A stretch of 24,070 bases of DNA, taken from contig JBNKTL010000061.1 of the NCBI GenBank assembly GCA_050298055.1, positions 1 to 24,070 of the forward strand. Reading direction: 5' to 3'. Position numbers and translations under genes: made by a program. The notes beneath the pieces are model-generated. The model ran no database searches and was not told the DNA's origin. It worked only from the letters and a program-made list of their open reading frames with translations. Source of the stretch: Spirochaetota bacterium (lineage in GTDB: Bacteria; Spirochaetota; UBA4802; UBA5550). Numbering within the stretch: the first letter of the stretch is position 1; every line of letters starts with the position of its first letter. Shown one piece after another: positions 17,251 to 24,070 of the stretch.

Positions 17251-18780
17251 ATGGACATAGAATCACTCTTTGAGAGATACTCGGCAAAACTGAACCCTTC
17301 CCTCCTCAGGTTCCTGATAAAGACGGCAAAAAAGATCCCTTCCCTGAACCGGAAGATGGAGGCCATGAAAAAGAAGGAATATGACAGGATCATTACCGGC
17401 CTTGAACCGGGACTGAAACCCTATCGTGAGGAGTATAAAACCATAGGAAAATTACCCGCTGCGGGCAGGGAGAGGTCCCTTATCCTGAAAGAGATGAAAA
17501 AACTCCTGAAACGGGAAACCCCCATGTGGAAAGAGGGTTTTGTCTCCGGGGCGGTCTATCACGGGGACGAATCGCATATCGATTTTTTAAACAAGGTCTA
17601 TGCCCTCAATTCACAGAGCAACCCGCTCCACTCCGATGTCTGGCCCAGCACGGTAAAATACGAGGCGGAGATCATCTCAATGACCGCGAACATGCTGGGA
17701 GCGGAGAGTGCGGACAGGCCCGGTGACAGCGTATGCGGGGTTGTCTGTTCGGGAGGCACAGAAGGGATCATGCTGGCCATGAAGACATACCGTGATATGG
17801 CCCGTGAAAAAAGGGGAATACGCAACCCCGAGATGGTCATTCCGGTGACCGCCCATGTGGCGTTCGATAAGGCATCCCAGTATTTTAATATCAAAATGCG
17901 AAAGATCCCCGTTGGCAGCGATTACAGGGCTGACGTGAGGGCCGCGGAGAAGGCAATAAACAGAAACACCGTTGTTGTTATCGGTTCCTCCCCCTGCTTC
18001 CCCTACGGAGTCATCGATCCCATTGAGGAGCTTTCGGAACTTGCCAGAAGGAAGGGTGTGGGTTTTCATAACGATTCGTGCCTGGGGGGATTTATCCTTC
18101 CCTGGGCGGAGAAACTGGGGTATCCCGTCCCACCCTTTGATTTCAGGCTTCCCGGTGTGACATCTATCTCCGCGGACACACACAAATACGGTTACGCGCC
18201 CAAAGGGACATCGGTGATCCTCTACAGAAACACCGAACTGAGACATTTCCAGTTTTTTAAGGCTACGGACTGGCCCGGGGGTCTCTACTTTTCACCCACC
18301 TTCGCGGGAAGCAGGCCGGGGGCACTGAGCGCCGGTTGCTGGAGCGCCCTTGTCTCCACAGGTGAGAAGGGATACATGGATGCCGCTTCACGGATACTCA
18401 AGACCGCGGATAAGATCAAAGCGGGCATAACGGCCATACCCGAACTGAAACTCATGGGAGATCCCCTCTTTGATATTGCCTTTACCTCCGACGAACTTGA
18501 TATCTACAGGGTCATGGATTATATGACCGGAAAGGGATGGAGCCTTAACGGGCTGCACATGCCTCCCGCGGTCCACATATGCCTTACCCTGAGGCATACC
18601 GGTAAGGGAATAGCAGAGAGGTTTATCAAAAACCTGATGGAAAGTGTCAAACAGGTAAAAGAAAATCCCCATGAAAAGGGGAAAATGGCCCCGGTCTACG
18701 GAATGGCCGCGTCGGTCCCCGACAGGACAATGGTGTCGGATTTGCTTGACGTATATCTTGATCTTTTGTATAAGTTGTAA
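17251..18780 (+). CDS. Sphingosine-1-phosphate-lyase-like PLP-dependent enzyme (group II decarboxylase fold)
   Basis: [52 protein letters not shown] (PLP lysine), [17 protein letters not shown]. Confidence 0.88.
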   Translation: MDIESLFERYSAKLNPSLLRFLIKTAKKIPSLNRKMEAMKKKEYDRIITGLEPGLKPYREEYKTIGKLPAAGRERSLILKEMKKLLKRETPMWKEGFVSGAVYHGDESHIDFLNKVYALNSQSNPLHSDVWPSTVKYEAEIISMTANMLGAESADRPGDSVCGVVCSGGTEGIMLAMKTYRDMAREKRGIRNPEMVIPVTAHVAFDKASQYFNIKMRKIPVGSDYRADVRAAEKAINRNTVVVIGSSPCFPYGVIDPIEELSELARRKGVGFHNDSCLGGFILPWAEKLGYPVPPFDFRLPGVTSISADTHKYGYAPKGTSVILYRNTELRHFQFFKATDWPGGLYFSPTFAGSRPGALSAGCWSALVSTGEKGYMDAASRILKTADKIKAGITAIPELKLMGDPLFDIAFTSDELDIYRVMDYMTGKGWSLNGLHMPPAVHICLTLRHTGKGIAERFIKNLMESVKQVKENPHEKGKMAPVYGMAASVPDRTMVSDLLDVYLDLLYKL

Positions 18781-18802
18781 TTAAGATTTAGTTTTGCCAC
18801 GG

Positions 18803-18863
18803 CCCTAACCCCCGGAGGGGACAGTTGGCCCCCTAACCCCCTCAGGGGGATGGGGGGCTGTCC
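18803..18863. repeat. REP/REPIN-like element, copy B (CCCTAACCCCC twice, variable centre)
   Basis: CCCTAACCCCCGGAGGGG...CCCCCTAACCCCCTCAGGGGGATGGGGGG; GGACAG/CTGTCC closes a hairpin; arms are shared with copies A and C. Confidence 0.75.
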
Positions 18864-18890
18864 GGGAAATATGTGATTGATTAAAGTAAA

Positions 18891-20396
18891 ATGGAAATCC
18901 TCAGGTATATTCTTATCGTCATCGGGATCATAGCGGGATATGAGCTTATACGGTCTTTTCTCAAGAAAATCTTTGTGAGGAAACAGAACCGGTCCCTGAG
19001 AAAGTTCTTTGAGATGTACAATGTGAAACTTGACAGGTACAAGTTCATGAACAAGGTCATGGTCAAACAGGAGCTCATGAACAACCATGAGATAAACCAT
19101 GCCATTATGACCCACGCCGAAAAGAACGACCTCCGGATAAGCGATGTGAAGGACGAAGTGGAAGAGTATATCGATGAGATTGTCCCTTTCTTTAACATCC
19201 TTTCCTATTTCAAGATCGGGTACTGGATCGCCAATATGATCCTCAACTATGTCTACGAGGTTGTTATCGACAGGGAGAGCGCCGAGAAACTGGACAGGAT
19301 CAAAAAAGACAATGTTGTTGTTTTCGTCATGAACCACAGGAGCAACATAGATTATATCATCGTGGCATATATGCTTGCCCGGCATATTGCTTTGAGCTAT
19401 GCTGTGGGTGAATGGGCGCGGGTCTGGCCCCTGGAGTATATCTTCAAGTCATTCGGCGCTTATTTTGTCCGCCGGAAGTTCAGAAAGAAGCTCTACCATA
19501 AAGTGCTGGAGAATTATGTGCAGCTTATCAGCCTCCAGGGGGTGACCCAGGGGATATTTCCCGAGGGGGGGCTCTCCCGTGACGGGATGCTCCGCGACCC
19601 GAAGCTGGGGATCCTCGACTATATCATCGGGATCAAAAGAAGGAAAAACTTCAAAAAGGACATCGTCTTTGTTCCCGTGGGGATCAACTACGACTGGGTA
19701 CTGGAAGACAGGATCCTCATCCGTGAATGGAAGGAGAAAAAGGAAAAGAGCGGCTTTAAAGACAACATGAGCTCCCTGGGAAGGATCCTCATGAAGGGAC
19801 CGCTCCTTCTCTTTATCAACAGCGCACGGATCTTAACCGGAAGGGTAAAGCACCACGGGTATGCAAGTGTGAGTTTCGGAGACCCTGTTTCCGTGAACGC
19901 GTTCATCAAAAACGAAAAAACCGAATTTATTCATTACGACCGAAAGAGGAGAGAGAAATATATCCGTAAGTTCGCCGAACGAATAATGGACCGGGTGGGG
20001 AAAATTATCCCGGTCACACCGGTCTCTCTCACTGCCCGGGCGCTCCTCTGCGGGAATGGCGGGACTGTCACCCTGCACGAACTGGAGTTGAAGATCATTG
20101 AGCTCAGGAAGGAATTAAAAAACATGAAAAGCAGGATTGTCCTTGGAAAGGCCTTTCAGAGGACCCTTGAAAGCAAGACAAAACTGAAGATTGAAAAAAA
20201 AGACAGGCAGAAGGAGCTTGTGGATTTTGAAGAGGGATTCCTGGAAGTCAGTGAAGCAAAACGCACCATGAAAACCGGGCTCGACATTCTTACAAAAAGA
20301 AAGTTCGTGAGGGTCCGGAACAACATTGTCTCAATAGAGAAAGAAAAAATCCCCTATCTCCGGTTCTATTCAAACTCACTCAATTCACTCTATTAA
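18891..20396 (+). CDS. Glycerol-3-phosphate O-acyltransferase-like protein (PlsB/GPAT/DHAPAT-type catalytic domain)
   Basis: N-terminal TM helix, NHRSNIDY (HX4D), FGAYFVRR, IFPEGGLSRDG, FVPVGINYD. Confidence 0.85.
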   Translation: MEILRYILIVIGIIAGYELIRSFLKKIFVRKQNRSLRKFFEMYNVKLDRYKFMNKVMVKQELMNNHEINHAIMTHAEKNDLRISDVKDEVEEYIDEIVPFFNILSYFKIGYWIANMILNYVYEVVIDRESAEKLDRIKKDNVVVFVMNHRSNIDYIIVAYMLARHIALSYAVGEWARVWPLEYIFKSFGAYFVRRKFRKKLYHKVLENYVQLISLQGVTQGIFPEGGLSRDGMLRDPKLGILDYIIGIKRRKNFKKDIVFVPVGINYDWVLEDRILIREWKEKKEKSGFKDNMSSLGRILMKGPLLLFINSARILTGRVKHHGYASVSFGDPVSVNAFIKNEKTEFIHYDRKRREKYIRKFAERIMDRVGKIIPVTPVSLTARALLCGNGGTVTLHELELKIIELRKELKNMKSRIVLGKAFQRTLESKTKLKIEKKDRQKELVDFEEGFLEVSEAKRTMKTGLDILTKRKFVRVRNNIVSIEKEKIPYLRFYSNSLNSLY

Positions 20397-20402
20397 CAGC
20401 CC

Positions 20403-21167
20403 ATGAAAAAAATCAGGAACCTCATCATACTGGCAGTATCTGCCGCTCTCGGACTGGGCCTCTTCTTCTGGGCACGGGTATACTTTTCCGGGACAAAGAC
20501 CCATATCAACGGATACGGGGGAAGCTGTGTTGTGCTGATCCACGGCCTTTTCCGGGGACCGGAATCAATGGAGGAGATTGCCGCAGCACTGAAAAAAAGG
20601 GGTTACTCAGTTATCAATTTCGCCTACAGCTCCCGGAGCGAAAGTCTTGACAGGGTGGCCCACAGGCTTTACTCTCTCATCGAGAATAACGCTGGGAAAA
20701 ATATCAAAAGTCTCTCATTCGTGACACACAGCCTCGGTTCCCTGGTGGGCAGATATTATCTCTCGCACTATGGTGTTGACCGGCTTAAAAGGATGGTCAT
20801 GATAGCCCCTCCCAACAGGGGGTCCGTATGGGGGAGGATACTGGGGAAAAATCTCCCTTTCATGAAGTCGATCATCGGGAAATCGGGTAATATCATCAGT
20901 AACGGGATGGGTGAGAATGATATGATCCCCCCGTGCGAGTTCGGGATCATTGCCGGGGGGCTCGGGGATGGAGAGGGATATAATCCCCTCATCCCCGGAG
21001 ATGACGATATGACCGTGGGCGTAAATGAAACAAAGCTCAGGGGGATGAAGGACTTTATCCGGGTAAAGGGCCAGCATTCCCTGCTTTTGACCGATAAAAA
21101 TGTTATTGATAATACGGTCCATTTTCTGGAGAGGGGATATTTCATAAAGAAGGGAGAAGGAGAATAA
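20403..21167 (+). CDS. Membrane-anchored/exported alpha/beta hydrolase (lipase/esterase-like)
   Basis: N-terminal anchor, VLIHGL oxyanion motif, VTHSLG nucleophile elbow, PPNRGS, DDDMTV, QHSLL. Confidence 0.85.
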   Translation: MKKIRNLIILAVSAALGLGLFFWARVYFSGTKTHINGYGGSCVVLIHGLFRGPESMEEIAAALKKRGYSVINFAYSSRSESLDRVAHRLYSLIENNAGKNIKSLSFVTHSLGSLVGRYYLSHYGVDRLKRMVMIAPPNRGSVWGRILGKNLPFMKSIIGKSGNIISNGMGENDMIPPCEFGIIAGGLGDGEGYNPLIPGDDDMTVGVNETKLRGMKDFIRVKGQHSLLLTDKNVIDNTVHFLERGYFIKKGEGE

Positions 21168-21170
21168 AAG

Positions 21171-22643
21171 ATGAAGCTTGTTGCTAAAAACGCGGATTAT
21201 AGATTCAAAAAAAACGAAACAGCCGTAATATTCATTACCGAGGAGAATCTAAAAAAGAAGAAGGGACTCCACGCGGAAAGGCTCCCCTTTATTTCGGCAA
21301 AAATTGACCTCACATACTTTCGCGGCAGGGAGGGGGAAATACTCTTTATCCCGCTCCTTGATGAGCCGAACTTCATCATCTGCGGCCTGGGTAAAACCGC
21401 CGAGACCGACAGGGAGAGTTTCAGAAGAGCTTCATCATCTGTCATTGCTCTTTGCCGTGATAAGATGATCGGCGAGATCAACTACCTTCTGCCTGATATT
21501 GAGAAATTCCCGGAGGAAGACGCCCTCCTCTCCCTTGCTGAAGGGGCCTCGCTCTCCAACTACGAGTTTATCCGCTATAAAACACCGGGCACCGAATCAA
21601 AATTCAGTTTTGTTGAAAAACTGGGCTTCTGCAGCAGTGTAAAAAAGGCGCCGTCAATTCTTAAAAAAACCGGGATCATTTCAGAAAACGCCCTTCTCTG
21701 CCGGGACCTTGTTAATGACATCACCGAGAAAGCAAGCCCCCTGCTCATAGCGTCGGAAGCGAAAAAGCTCGCAAAACTGAAGAACATGAGCTGTACGGTT
21801 TACGGCAAAAAGGAGCTGGAAAAAATGAAGATGGGGCTCCTTCTGGCGGTGAACAAAGGGAGTAAAGTCCCTCCCCGGCTTGTTGTTCTGAAATACAGGG
21901 GAAACCCCGGGAGCAAGAAGTCCATAGCATGCGTGGGGAAAGGGATCACCTTTGACTCCGGGGGGATGAACCTGAAGCCTTCGGGGCACATGGAGACCAT
22001 GCGCATGGATATGGCCGGGGCCGCAGCGGTCCTTTATACCCTGAAAACCGCAGCGGAACTGGGACTTAAAAAGAATATCTACGGGGTGATGCCCCTCACG
22101 GAAAACATGCTGAGCAACGACTCATACAGGCCGGGAGACGTGTTCCGGTCATACAACGGCAAGACCGTCGAGGTGGGAAACACGGACGCGGAGGGACGGC
22201 TCATCCTGGCCGACGCCCTGGCCTTCACCGAAGACAAGCTCAAACCTGACTGTATCATAGACATGGCCACCCTTACCGGGGCATGCATTGTGGCATTCGG
22301 CGAGACGGTGGCGGGGCTCCTCTCCAACAGTGATGATCTCGCAGAGACCATAAGCGAAGCGGCGGAGGTAACCGGAGAGAAGGTCTGGAGGCTCCCCCTC
22401 TTCAAAGACTATGAAGAACCGCTGAAGTCCGATTTCGCGGACATCAGCAACATCCCTTCAAAGAAGGAAGCGGGTACTATTGCCGCCGCAACATTTCTCA
22501 AAAACTTCGTCACAAGGAGCTGCTGGGCGCATATCGATATCGCGGGCACAGCCTGGTATTCGGCCCCCAGGGGGTATATTCCCCGGAACGCCACCGGCTA
22601 CGGGGTGAGGCTTCTTACGGAAGTCATTGAGAGGTGGAAGTGA
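21171..22643 (+). CDS. pepA: Leucyl aminopeptidase (M17)
   Basis: VGKGITFDSGG..LKP, DMAGAAAV, NTDAEGRLILAD, ATLTGA, WAHIDIAG, TGYGVRLL. Confidence 0.95.
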   Translation: MKLVAKNADYRFKKNETAVIFITEENLKKKKGLHAERLPFISAKIDLTYFRGREGEILFIPLLDEPNFIICGLGKTAETDRESFRRASSSVIALCRDKMIGEINYLLPDIEKFPEEDALLSLAEGASLSNYEFIRYKTPGTESKFSFVEKLGFCSSVKKAPSILKKTGIISENALLCRDLVNDITEKASPLLIASEAKKLAKLKNMSCTVYGKKELEKMKMGLLLAVNKGSKVPPRLVVLKYRGNPGSKKSIACVGKGITFDSGGMNLKPSGHMETMRMDMAGAAAVLYTLKTAAELGLKKNIYGVMPLTENMLSNDSYRPGDVFRSYNGKTVEVGNTDAEGRLILADALAFTEDKLKPDCIIDMATLTGACIVAFGETVAGLLSNSDDLAETISEAAEVTGEKVWRLPLFKDYEEPLKSDFADISNIPSKKEAGTIAAATFLKNFVTRSCWAHIDIAGTAWYSAPRGYIPRNATGYGVRLLTEVIERWK

Positions 22644-22647
22644 AGAA

Positions 22648-22718
22648 CCCCCTAACCCCCAAAGGGGGCATAAGAAAGTTCAGGGTAAAAATCTTACGCC
22701 CCATCAGGGGGATGGTGG
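22648..22718. repeat. REP/REPIN-like element, copy C, between convergent pepA and Rpn stops
   Basis: CCCCCTAACCCCCAAAGGGGGCATAAGA...TCTTACGCCCCATCAGGGGGATGG; homologous to 63-125. Confidence 0.8.
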
Positions 22719-22729
22719 TGAACATTATC

Positions 22730-22933
22730 TTAAAAAATCCCCGCTTTTTTCAGGTCTTCTTCGGAGAGTTCGGTTATATCAATGATCTCTTCGAGGGAAA
22801 AGCCTTTTTGGTGCATCTTCCTGGCGTCCTTTAGCCTGCCTTCCAGAATACCTTCGGTTTTCCCTTTGATTTTACCTTCAATAAGTCCTTCGGTCTTTCC
22901 TTCTTCAATCCACCTCTGCGCTAAAGTTGGCAT
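22730..22933 (-). CDS. Predicted in-frame nested small protein (RpnS-type antitoxin, 67 aa, MPTLAQRW...)
   Basis: Minus strand reads GGAGGT-GATCCG-ATG, a full SD 6 nt before the internal Met at 22933. Confidence 0.7.
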   Translation of the reverse strand: MPTLAQRWIEEGKTEGLIEGKIKGKTEGILEGRLKDARKMHQKGFSLEEIIDITELSEEDLKKAGIF

Positions 22934-23686
22934 CGGATCACCTCCAAGCAGTTTTTTCTCTTCTATGAGATTTACAAGTTCCCTTTGTGGGATGTCTCTT
23001 GTTGTCACAATATATGTTAAGAAAAAAACAAGTTTTTCATCTTTACTATTATCAATAAATCCTTTTTCCACCCAGAAATCAAATATTTTTTCTATAATTT
23101 CAAAGTTATTATCAACAGCACTTTTCATTAACATCAGTGATGTCAGCAGAAAAATATTCTTTTTCAGATCTGGTTCTGATTCAAAGTTGTCCCATTTGTT
23201 TGTGTCAAAAAGAATATACCTGAAATTAAGAAGGAATTTTTTTAATTCATCCTTTACAGTAAACTGCCTGTTGAATTCATCAGGAATGTCCCATTTGCTT
23301 CTGCCATGATAAAATACCAGTGGAAGAATAATTCTCAGGGGTCTGTTATTATCCGAATCTCTTTGCCACATGAAGTACATGTACTTTAACAACTGCATAA
23401 ATATCTTTTTGTCTTTATACGACTTATGCTCAAAAAGGATATATATGTCCGCGTTGGTCGGCTTGTCTTTGCCGGTTTTTGACTTTAACCGGGTTTTTAC
23501 GACAATATCGGAAAAGTAGCCTTTCATATTTTCGGAAACATATCCGGAGTTATCGATTTTTATGAATGAATAATCGATATCATCTTTTATCTCCTCTGGC
23601 AGGGAGAGCTTCAGAAAATCCCGGATGTTCTTTTTATCGGAAAATGTTTTTTTAAAAAAATTATCGTGGACTTTACTGTTTTCCAT
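22730..23686 (-). CDS. Rpn-family recombination-promoting nuclease / YhgA-like putative transposase (PD-(D/E)XK)
   Basis: HDNFFKKTF, SDIVV, IYILFEHKS, QLLKY, LPLVFYHG..W, C-terminal EGxxEG repeats; AAGGAG SD before ATG 23686 (ORF track starts at 23767). Confidence 0.92.
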   Translation of the reverse strand: MENSKVHDNFFKKTFSDKKNIRDFLKLSLPEEIKDDIDYSFIKIDNSGYVSENMKGYFSDIVVKTRLKSKTGKDKPTNADIYILFEHKSYKDKKIFMQLLKYMYFMWQRDSDNNRPLRIILPLVFYHGRSKWDIPDEFNRQFTVKDELKKFLLNFRYILFDTNKWDNFESEPDLKKNIFLLTSLMLMKSAVDNNFEIIEKIFDFWVEKGFIDNSKDEKLVFFLTYIVTTRDIPQRELVNLIEEKKLLGGDPMPTLAQRWIEEGKTEGLIEGKIKGKTEGILEGRLKDARKMHQKGFSLEEIIDITELSEEDLKKAGIF

Positions 23687-23810
23687 AATATTCTCCTTAT
23701 TATCAATACGTTTGGGGAGAGGAAAACAGTGAATTTTTTTTCTCTTGAGTGAAATTTTTTTTGTCATAATTTCTTACTGTTTCATTTATATATTACAAAG
23801 AAGATTTTGC

Positions 23811-23833
23811 CGCAGAGGCTCAGAGGCACAGAG
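23811..23833. repeat. Triplet of CNCAGAG heptamers with 8-bp period
   Basis: CGCAGAG-G-CTCAGAG-G-CACAGAG. Confidence 0.65.
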
Positions 23834-23861
23834 AAGAGGGAGAAAAAGAAAAGTATTAAAC

Positions 23862-24000
23862 CGCAAAGACGCAAAGTTCGCAAAGGAAGAAAAAAGAAAG
23901 GAATAATATTTTGAATTATATCACTAATGTAAATAAATGATAGAGTGAAAATTAAGGTTTAAAGGAAGTAAAATAAAATAAAAACTTTGCGCCCTTTGCG
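23862..24000. repeat. (CGCAAAG)x3 ... (CTTTGCG)x2 inverted repeat around an AT-rich spacer
   Basis: CGCAAAG at 23862, 23870, 23879; CTTTGCG at 23985, 23994; the 2-nt linkers are mirror-symmetric. Confidence 0.8.
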
Positions 24001-24070
24001 CCTGCTATGTATAAAATATGTCAACCCGTATATTAGTTATTATTCTTTATAAAGGCGTAAGTACAGTCAC

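Noticed and set aside
18696..19385. 229-aa minus-strand ORF and the other long antisense ORFs in 12-22 kb
   Set aside because: They overlap well-supported genes on the opposite strand and are typical codon-bias shadows.
22782..23309. 175-aa + strand ORF antisense to Rpn
   Set aside because: Ser/Phe/Leu-rich shadow of the real gene, with no motif.
22730..23767. Rpn gene as an IS element
   Set aside because: No terminal inverted repeats or target duplication are visible, and the 'transposase' label for this family is historical.
23811..24000. Possible CRISPR array or c-di-GMP-I riboswitch (GACGCAAAG)
   Set aside because: The units are 7 nt with 1-2 nt linkers and no unique spacers. The riboswitch P2 GNRA/receptor architecture is absent, and the match is explained by the tandem repeat.
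1..24070. Stop-codon recoding, frameshifted pseudogenes or structural RNA genes
   Set aside because: Recognisable genes appear full length and end in TAA, TAG or TGA normally; I saw no tRNA or rRNA signatures in the intergenic gaps.

Overview
Gene-dense bacterial chromosomal window, probably from an anaerobe given its four-subunit 2-oxoacid:ferredoxin oxidoreductase; taxonomy cannot be fixed from the sequence alone. It holds about 22 complete CDSs, and I found no rRNA, tRNA or CRISPR array. The left part encodes a hypothetical protein, a CapA-like protein, a HEAT / M48 (Ste24-like) / transglutaminase-like operon, a voltage-gated K+ channel coupled to asnS, an MBL hydrolase, a radical SAM protein, a PCI/zinc-ribbon membrane protein and an HD protein. 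In the middle, a vor/kor-type operon is divergent from an XRE-cupin regulator, which heads a run of FGGY kinase, sphingosine-1-phosphate-lyase-like PLP enzyme, G3P-acyltransferase-like protein, lipase-like hydrolase and pepA. This run is the best candidate for an undescribed amino-alcohol/sphingoid lipid pathway. At the right end is an Rpn-family nuclease with a strong internal ribosome-binding site that predicts a nested 67-aa antitoxin. The intergenic DNA is rich in structure: three copies of a REPIN-like CCCCTAACCCCC element, heptamer-triplet repeats, long purine/pyrimidine inverted repeats, a G-quadruplex motif upstream of the K+ channel, and two promoters placed for leaderless translation.
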